Below are positions 55,301-64,000 of a stretch of 64,000 nucleotides of DNA, piece after piece; the stretch's first letter is position 1; each line of letters opens with the position of its first letter. The notes beneath the pieces were generated by a model, which saw only the letters and a program-made list of their open reading frames with translations, was not told the DNA's origin and ran no database searches. Source of the stretch: Laetmonice hystrix (Eukaryota); NCBI GenBank assembly GCA_965235115.1, contig OZ249436.1:24554001-24618000 (forward strand), given 5' to 3'. A program made the translations under genes and the position numbers.

Positions 55301-58300
55301 ACTATACCCACCCAGCGACATTCACTCTAATACACGCCTAAGAGGAACTTCACTGTCCCATTTGATTCTCCAGCACGTATAGGATGTTTCAAGTAACATT
55401 TATCCACGGTCTGGCCCAATAACGTGCAACAAGGCATAGTAAGTCAATGCGAGCTCGCATGTCAAACCTAACCCGCCCCCCAGCACATGAGCTGAAAATA
55501 TTCAAATAGCTTGAAAACTAGAATATAGCTTTGCTTAATACCATTATACCATCAACTCGCATTACAGGCCTAATGCGAAGCTCCCAGCCTAAAACGAGTT
55601 TCCAATTAATTTAAAGTTAACAAGATGCACTAATAATCGATTCCAAGCCTAATTAGGCCATTGCTAGTTGGATAACCAAATCTCATACAAAATACACCCT
55701 CCCGGCAGATGACCTGAGAATATTCAACTCTTATGTCCGATATATCCCTGTCCGCTTAGTAGCACCCAGCCGGGCCCCCATTTTGACATTGCAACACCAA
55801 TACAGCAAGTGCCCAGCTAACAGCACAAATAACAGGATTCAGGGCTTCCTACCACGTTACAAGTCACAATAGATTGCTGCCTGTCGTAAAAATATACCAG
55901 ACCATTTTAAAAAGTCACAGAACCCCAATCCGGCCCTAATATGTCACTCCCAGTACCAATACACGCTGGAAGCACCATCAACTGAAATTCAGGCCTAGAA
56001 CCCACCTCTCTCTACCAATATCATGCACCTAGTCCGTTAACGAGGTTGTAATTTACTTTAATCAACGGGCTGCGCCGCAGCAACCCACTCTGGTCTTTGC
56101 AATCTTTTTCAATATGCGTTAACATTTGTAACCAGCTCAACGCGCCTTGTAAAATTTTTCAAAGTGCGTAAAAGTGTGTGTCCACCCCGACACGCTTTCC
56201 AAACCACTATACCCACCGAGCGACATCCACTCAAATACAGGCTTCGACCGATCCTCACTGTGCCAATAATCCGCCACAAGGCAAATTCAGTCAATGCAAG
56301 CTGGAAAATCGAATGTCAAACCTAATGCTCCCCCCCCCCAGCACGTTAACTGAAAATAATCAACTAGCTTGAAAACTAGAATATAGCTTTGTTAAGCTAA
56401 CAATCTACTCTCCCAGCGCCATCAACTCGCATACAGGCGTAAAAGCAAACGCACTGCCCCATATAATGCTTCCAGCCTAAAACGATGTTGCAATTAATTT
56501 AAAATTAACAAGATGCACTAGTAATCCGATCCAAGCCTAATTACGTCATTGCTAGTTTCATAACCAAATCTCACAGAAAATACCCCACCCGCGCACATAA
56601 CCTGAAAATATTCAACTTTTATCTCCAATGTATCCCTGTGCACCTAGTAGCACCCAAGCGGGCCCAATTTTGACATTCCAACACAAATACCGCAAATACC
56701 CGCCTAATGGCACAAAAAACTTTCTACCCCGTTGCAAGTCACATTAGCTTGCTGCTTGTCGTAAAAAATGGTGCAGACCATTTCTAAAGTCACAGTACCC
56801 CACTCCCGGCCTAATATTACGTTTCAGTATCCATATACGCTGCAAGCGGCAGGAACTCGAATACAGGCCTAAAAGTAACCCCAGTCTAGCAATATCATAC
56901 TCTCATGCCATATACGAGCTTGTAATTATCTTTAATTAATGGGCTCCGCAGCACCAACCCACTGCATTAACATTTGTTTAACAGCTTAACGCACCTTGTA
57001 AAAAATTTTCAAGTGCGTAAAAATGCGTGTCCACCTCCACATACTTTAAAAATCACTATACCCACCCAGCGACATTCACTCTAATACACGCCTAAGAGGA
57101 ACTTCACTGTCCCATTTGATTCTCCAGCACGTATAGGATGTTTCAAGTAACATTTATCCACGGTCTGGCCCAATAACGTGCAACAAGGCATAGTAAGTCA
57201 ATGCGACCTCGCATGTCAAACCTAACCCGCCCCCCAGCACATGAGCTGGAGATATTCAAATAGCTTGAAAACTAGAATATAGCTTTGCTTAATACCATTA
57301 TACCATCAACTCGCATTACAGGCCTAATGCGAAGCTCCCAGCCTAAAACGAGTTTCCAATTAATTTAAAGTTAACAAGATGCACTAATAATCGATTCCAA
57401 GCCTAATTAGGCCATTGCTAGTTGGATAACCAAATCTCATACAAAATACACCCTCCCGGCAGATGACCTGAGAATATTCAACTCTTATGTCCGATATATC
57501 CCTGTCCGCTTAGTAGCACCCAGCCGGGCCCCCATTTTGACATTGCAACACCAATACAGCAAGTGCCCAGCTAACAGCACAAATAACAGGATTCAGGGCT
57601 TCCTACCACGTTACAAGTCACAATAGATTGCTGCCTGTCGTAAAAATATACCAGACCATTTTAAAAAGTCACAGAACCCCAATCCGGCCCTAATATGTCA
57701 CTCCCAGTACCAATAGACGCTGGAAGCACCATCAACTGAAATTCAGGCCTAGAACCCACCTCTCTCTACCAATATCATGCACCTAGTCCGTATACGAGGT
57801 TGTAATTTACTTCAATCAACGGGCTGCGCCGCAGCAACCCACTCTGGTCTTTGCAATCTTTTTCAATATGCGTTAACATTTGTGACCAGCTCAACGCGCC
57901 TTGTAAAATTTTTCAAAGTGCGTAAAAGTGTGTGTCCACCCCGACACGCTTTCCAAACCACTATACCCACCGAGCGACATCCACTCAAATACAGGCTTCG
58001 ACCGATCCTACCTGTGCCAATAATCCGCCACAAGGCAAATTCAGTCAATGCAAGCTGGAAAATCGAATGTCAAACCTAATGCTCCCCCCCCAGCACGTTA
58101 ACTGAAAATAATCAACTAGCTTGAAAACTAGAATATAGCTTTGTTAAGCTAACAATCTACTCTCCCAGCGCCATCAACTCGCATACAGGCGTAAAAGCAA
58201 ACGCACTGCCCCATATAATGCTCCCAGCCTAAAACGATGTTGCAATTAATTTAAAATTAACAAGATGCACTAGTAATCCGATCCAAGCCTAATTACGTCA

Positions 58301-58523
58301 TTGCTAGTTTCATAACCAAATCTCACAGAAAATACCCCACCCGCGCACATAACCTGAAAATATTCAACTTTTATCTCCAATGTATCCCTGTGCACCTAGT
58401 AGCACCCAAGCGGGCCCAATTTTGACATTCCAACACAAATACCGCAAATACCCGCCTAATGGCACAAAAAACTTTCTACCCCGTTGCAAGTCACATTAGC
58501 TTGCTGCTTGTCGTAAAAAATGG

Positions 58524-58525
58524 TC
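58524..58525. other. Junction of a 131-bp deletion in monomer B
   Basis: Reads aaaaaatggt|catgccatata, whereas intact units have 131 bp between these (1379-1509 in unit 1). Local period is 1621 bp. Confidence 0.95.
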
Positions 58526-60148
58526 ATGCCATATACGAGCTTGTAATTATCTTTAATTAATGGGCTCCGCAGCACCAACCCACTGCATTAACATTTGTTT
58601 AACAGCTTAACGCACCTTGTAAAAAAATTTCAAGTGCGTAAAAATGCGTGTCCACCTCCACATACTTTAAAAATCACTATACCCACCCAGCGACATTCAC
58701 TCTAATACACGCCTAAGAGGAACTTCACTGTCCCATTTGATTCTCCAGCACGTATAGGATGTTTCAAGTAACATTTATCCACGGTCTGGCCCAATAACGT
58801 GCAACAAGGCATAGTAAGTCAATGCGACCTCGCATGTCAAACCTAACCCGCCCCCCAGCACATGAGCTGGAGATATTCAAATAGCTTGAAAACTAGAATA
58901 TAGCTTTGCTTAATACCATTATACCATCAACTCGCATTACAGGCCTAATGCGAAGCTCCCAGCCTAAAACGAGTTTCCAATTAATTTAAAGTTAACAAGA
59001 TGCACTAATAATCGATTCCAAGCCTAATTAGGCCATTGCTAGTTGGATAACCAAATCTCATACAAAATACACCCTCCCGGCAGATGACCTGAGAATATTC
59101 AACTCTTATGTCCGATATATCCCTGTCCGCTTAGTAGCACCCAGCCGGGCCCCCATTTTGACATTGCAACACCAATACAGCAAGTGCCCAGCTAACAGCA
59201 CAAATAACAGGATTCAGGGCTTCCTACCACGTTACAAGTCACAATAGATTGCTGCCTGTCGTAAAAATATACCAGACCATTTTAAAAAGTCACAGAACCC
59301 CAATCCGGCCCTAATATGTCACTCCCAGTACCAATAGACGCTGGAAGCACCATCAACTGAAATTCAGGCCTAGAACCCACCTCTCTCTACCAATATCATG
59401 CACTTAGTCCGTATACGAGGTTGTAATTTACTTTAATCAACGGGCTGCGCCGCAGCAACCCACTCTGGTCTTTGCAATCTTTTTCAATATGCGTTAACAT
59501 TTGTGACCAGCTCAACGCGCCTTGTAAAATTTTTCAAAGTGCGTAAAAGTGTGTGTCCACCCCGACACGCTTTCCAAACCACTATACCCACCGAGCGACA
59601 TCCACTCAAATACAGGCTTCGACCGATCCTCACTGTGCCAATAATCCGCCACAAGGCAAATTCAGTCAATGCAAGCTGGAAAATCGAATGTCAAACCTAA
59701 TGCTCCCCCCCCCCCCAGCACGTTAACTGAAAATAATCAACTAGCTTGAAAACTAGAATATAGCTTTGTTAAGCTAACAATCTACTCTCCCAGCGCCATC
59801 AACTCGCATACAGGCGTAAAAGCAAACGCACTGCCCCATATAATGCTCCCAGCCTAAAACGATGTTGCAATTAATTTAAAATTAACAAGATGCACTAGTA
59901 ATCCGATCCAAGCCTAATTACGTCATTGCTAGTTTCATAACCAAATCTCACAGAAAATACCCCACCCGCGCACATAACCTGAAAATATTCAACTTTTATC
60001 TCCAATGTATCCCTGTGCACCTAGTAGCACCCAAGCGGGCCCAATTTTGACATTCCAACACAAATACCGCAAATACCCGCCTAATGGCACAAAAAACTTT
60101 CTACCCCGTTGCAAGTCACATTAGCTTGCTGCTTGTCGTAAAAAATGG

Positions 60149-60150
60149 TC
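60149..60150. other. Second copy of the same 131-bp deletion junction
   Basis: Identical junction aaaaaatggt|catgccatata in the next unit; local period is 1625 bp. Confidence 0.95.
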
Positions 60151-63100
60151 ATGCCATATACGAGCTTGTAATTATCTTTAATTAATGGGCTCCGCAGCAC
60201 CAACCCACTGCATTAACATTTGTTTAACAGCTTAACGCACCTTGTAAAAAATTTTCAAGTGCGTAAAAATGCGTGTCCACCTCCACATACTTTAAAAATC
60301 ACTATACCCACCCAGCGACATTCACTCTAATACACGCCTAAGAGGAACTTCACTGTCCCATTTGATTCTCCAGCACGTATAGGATGTTTCAAGTAACATT
60401 TATCCACGGTCTGGCCCAATAACGTGCAACAAGGCATAGTAAGTCAATGCGACCTCGCATGTCAAACCTAACCCGCCCCCCAGCACATGAGCTGGAGATA
60501 TTCAAATAGCTTGAAAACTAGAATATAGCTTTGCTTAATACCATTATACCATCAACTCGCATTACAGGCCTAATGCGAAGCTCCCAGCCTAAAACGAGTT
60601 TCCAATTAATTTAAAGTTAACAAGATGCACTAATAATCGATTCCAAGCCTAATTAGGCCATTGCTAGTTGGATAACCAAATCTCATACAAAATACACCCT
60701 CCCGGCAGATGACCTGAGAATATTCAACTCTTATGTCCGATATATCCCTGTCCGCTTAGTAGCACCCAGCCGGGCCCCCATTTTGACATTGCAACACCAA
60801 TACAGCAAGTGCCCAGCTAACAGCACAAATAACAGGATTCAGGGCTTCCTACCACGTTACAAGTCACAATAGATTGCTGCCTGTCGTAAAAATATACCAG
60901 ACCATTTTAAAAAGTCACAGAACCCCAATCCGGCCCTAATATGTCACTCCCAGTACCAATAGACGCTGGAAGCACCATCAACTGAAATTCAGGCCTAGAA
61001 CCCACCTCTCTCTACCAATATCATGCACTTAGTCCGTATACGAGGTTGTAATTTACTTTAATCAACGGGCTGCGCCGCAGCAACCCACTCTGGTCTTTGC
61101 AATCTTTTTCAATATGCGTTAACATTTGTGACCAGCTCAACGCGCCTTGTAAAATTTTTCAAAGTGCGTAAAAGTGTGTGTCCACCCCGACACGCTTTCC
61201 AAACCACTATACCCACCGAGCGACATCCACTCAAATACAGGCTTCGACCGATCCTCACTGTGCCAATAATCCGCCACAAGGCAAATTCAGTCAATGCAAG
61301 CTGGAAAATCGAATGTCAAACCTAATGCTCCCCCCCCCCCCCAGCACGTTAACTGAAAATAATCAACTAGCTTGAAAACTAGAATATAGCTTTGTTAAGC
61401 TAACAATCTACTCTCCCAGCGCCATCAACTCGCATACAGGCGTAAAAGCAAACGCACTGCCCCATATAATGCTCCCAGCCTAAAACGATGTTGCAATTAA
61501 TTTAAAATTAACAAGATGCACTAGTAATCCGATCCAAGCCTAATTACGTCATTGCTAGTTTCATAACCAAATCTCACAGAAAATACCCCACCCGCGCACA
61601 TAACCTGAAAATATTCAACTTTTATCTCCAATGTATCCCTGTGCACCTAGTAGCACCCAAGCGGGCCCAATTTTGACATTCCAACACAAATACCGCAAAT
61701 ACCCGCCTAATGGCACAAAAAACTTTCTACCCCGTTGCAAGTCACATTAGCTTGCTGCTTGTCGTAAAAAATGGTGCAGACCATTTCTAAAGTCACAGTA
61801 CCCCACTCCCGGCCTAATATTACGTTTCAGTATCCATATACGCTGCAAGCGGCAGGAACTCGAATACAGGCCTAAAAGTAACCTCAGTCTAGCAATATCA
61901 TACTCCCATGCCATATACGAGCTTGTAATTATCTTTAATTAATGGGCTCCGCAGCACCAACCCACTGCATTAACATTTGTTTAACAGCTTAACACACCTT
62001 GTAAAATTTTTTCAAGTGCGTAAAAATGCGTGTCCACCTCCACATACTTTAAAAATCACTATACCCACCCAGCGACATCCACTCTAATACACGCCTAAAA
62101 GGAACTTCACTGTCCCATTTGATTCTCCAGCACGTATAGGATGTTTCAAGTAACATTTATCCACGGTCTGGCCCAATAACGTGCAACAAGGCATAGTAAG
62201 TCAATGCGACCTCGCATGTCAAACCTAACCCGCCCCCAAGCACATGAGCTGAAAATATTCAAATAGCTTGAAAACTAGAATATAGCTTTGCTTAATACCA
62301 TTATACCATCAACTCGCATTACAGGCCTAATGCGAAGCTCCCAGCCTAAAACGAGTTTCCAATTAATTTAAAGTTAACAAGATGCACTAATAATCGATTC
62401 CAAGCCTAATTAGGCCATTGCTAGTTGGATAACCAAATCTCATACAAAATACACCCTCCCGGCAGATGACCTGAGAATATTCAACTCTTATGTCCGATAT
62501 ATCCCTGTCCGCTTAGTAGCACCCAGCCGGGCCCCCATTTTGACATTGCAACACCAATACAGCAAGTGCCCAGCTAACAGCACAAATAACAGGATTCAGG
62601 GCTTCCTACCACGTTACAAGTCACAATAGATTGCTGCCTGTCGTAAAAATATACCAGACCATTTTAAAAAGTCACAGAACCCCAATCCGGCCCTAATATG
62701 TCACTCCCAGTACCAATAGACGCTGGAAGCACCATCAACTGAAATTCAGGCCTAGAACCCACCTCTCTCTACCAATATCATGCACCTAGTCCGTATACGA
62801 GGTTGTAATTTCCTTTAATCAACGGGCTGCGCCGCAGCAACCCACTCTGGTCTTTGCAATCTTTTTCAATATGCGTTAACATTTGTGACCAGCTCAACGC
62901 GCCTTGTAAAATTTTTCAAAGTGCGTAAAAGTGTGTGTCCACCCCGACACGCTTTCCAAACCACTATACCCACCGAGCGACATCCACTCAAATACAGGCT
63001 TCGACCGATCCTCACTGTGCCAATAATCCGCCACAAGGCAAATTCAGTCAATGCAAGCTGGAAAATCGAATGTCAAACCTAATGCTCCCCCCCCAGCACG

Positions 63101-64000
63101 TTAACTGAAAATAATCAACTAGCTTGAAAACTAGAATATAGCTTTGTTTAGCTAACAATCTACTCTCCCAGCGCCATCAACTCGCATACAGGCGTAAAAG
63201 CAAACGCACTGCCCCATATAATGCTCCCAGCATAAAACGATGTTGCAATTAATTTAAAATTAACAAGATGCACTAGTAATCCGATCCAAGCCTAATTACG
63301 TCATTGCTAGTTTCATAACCAAATCTCACAGAAAATACCCCACCCGCGCACATAACCTGAAAATATTCAACTTTTATCTCCAATGTATCCCTGTGCACCT
63401 AGTAGCACCCAAGCGGGCCCAATTTTGACATTCCAACACAAATACCGCAAATACCCGCCTAATGGCACAAAAAACTTTCTACCCCGTTGCAAGTCACATT
63501 AGCTTGCTGCTTGTCGTAAAAAATGGTGCAGACCATTTCTAAAGTCACAGTACCCCACTCCCGGCCTAATATTACGTTTCAGTATCCATATACGCTGCAA
63601 GCGGCAGGAACTCGAATACAGGCCTAAAAGTAACCCCAGTCTAGCAATATCATACTCTCATGCCATATACGAGCTTGTAATTATCTTTAATTAATGGGCT
63701 CCGCAGCACCAACCCACTGCATTAACATTTGTTTAACAGCTTAACGCACCTTGTAAAAAAATTTTCAAGTGCGTAAAAATGCGTGTCCACCTCCACATAC
63801 TTTAAAAATCACTATACCCACCCAGCGACATTCACTCTAATACACGCCTAAGAGGAACTTCACTGTCCCATTTGATTCTCCAGCACGTATAGGATGTTTC
63901 AAGTAACATTTATCCACGGTCTGGCCCAATAACGTGCAACAAGGCATAGTAAGTCAATGCGAGCTCGCATGTCAAACCTAACCCGCCCCCCAGCACATGA

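Larger units (their letters stand above)
1..64000. repeat. Tandem satellite/macrosatellite array, unit about 1,754 bp, about 34 copies, extending beyond both window edges
   Basis: The window start (aacatttatccacggtctgg) recurs at 1755. An identical marker (the 61-aa pseudo-ORF) occurs 34 times at spacings of 1752-1757 bp, except across four insertions (+1133 bp) and two deletions (-131 bp). Units differ only by scattered SNPs and homopolymer lengths. Confidence 0.99.

Noticed and set aside
56038..58011. Two adjacent-base swaps (AT>TA at 56038-56039, CA>AC at 58010-58011)
   Set aside because: Singletons that may be consensus errors; not interpretable without raw reads.
57777..58079. 100-aa ORF, the longest in the window
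   Set aside because: Created by a single T>C change at 57813 that removes a stop codon present in the other units.

Overview
The whole 64-kb window is a non-coding, head-to-tail tandem array (satellite or macrosatellite, most likely eukaryotic) of about 34 near-identical units of about 1,754 bp. Each unit is a dimer of two diverged, colinear monomers (A about 858 bp, B about 896 bp). Four units carry the same 1,129-bp insertion at the same TTAA site in monomer B, in the same orientation. It has a TTAA duplication, 5'-AG...CT-3' ends, only degenerate terminal inverted repeats, no credible ORF, and a cluster of animal-type promoter motifs. It best fits a non-autonomous TTAA-targeting DNA transposon (Kolobok-like; a Crypton-type element is not excluded). 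Linked SNPs define unit subtypes that recur in a fixed order, giving an emerging ~8.15-kb four-unit super-repeat that includes the transposon. Two adjacent units near 58.5 and 60.1 kb share a 131-bp deletion. No protein-coding gene, RNA gene or CRISPR array is supported, and the ORF-track entries look like by-products of the repeat. The host organism and chromosomal context (centromere, subtelomere or other) cannot be determined from this window.
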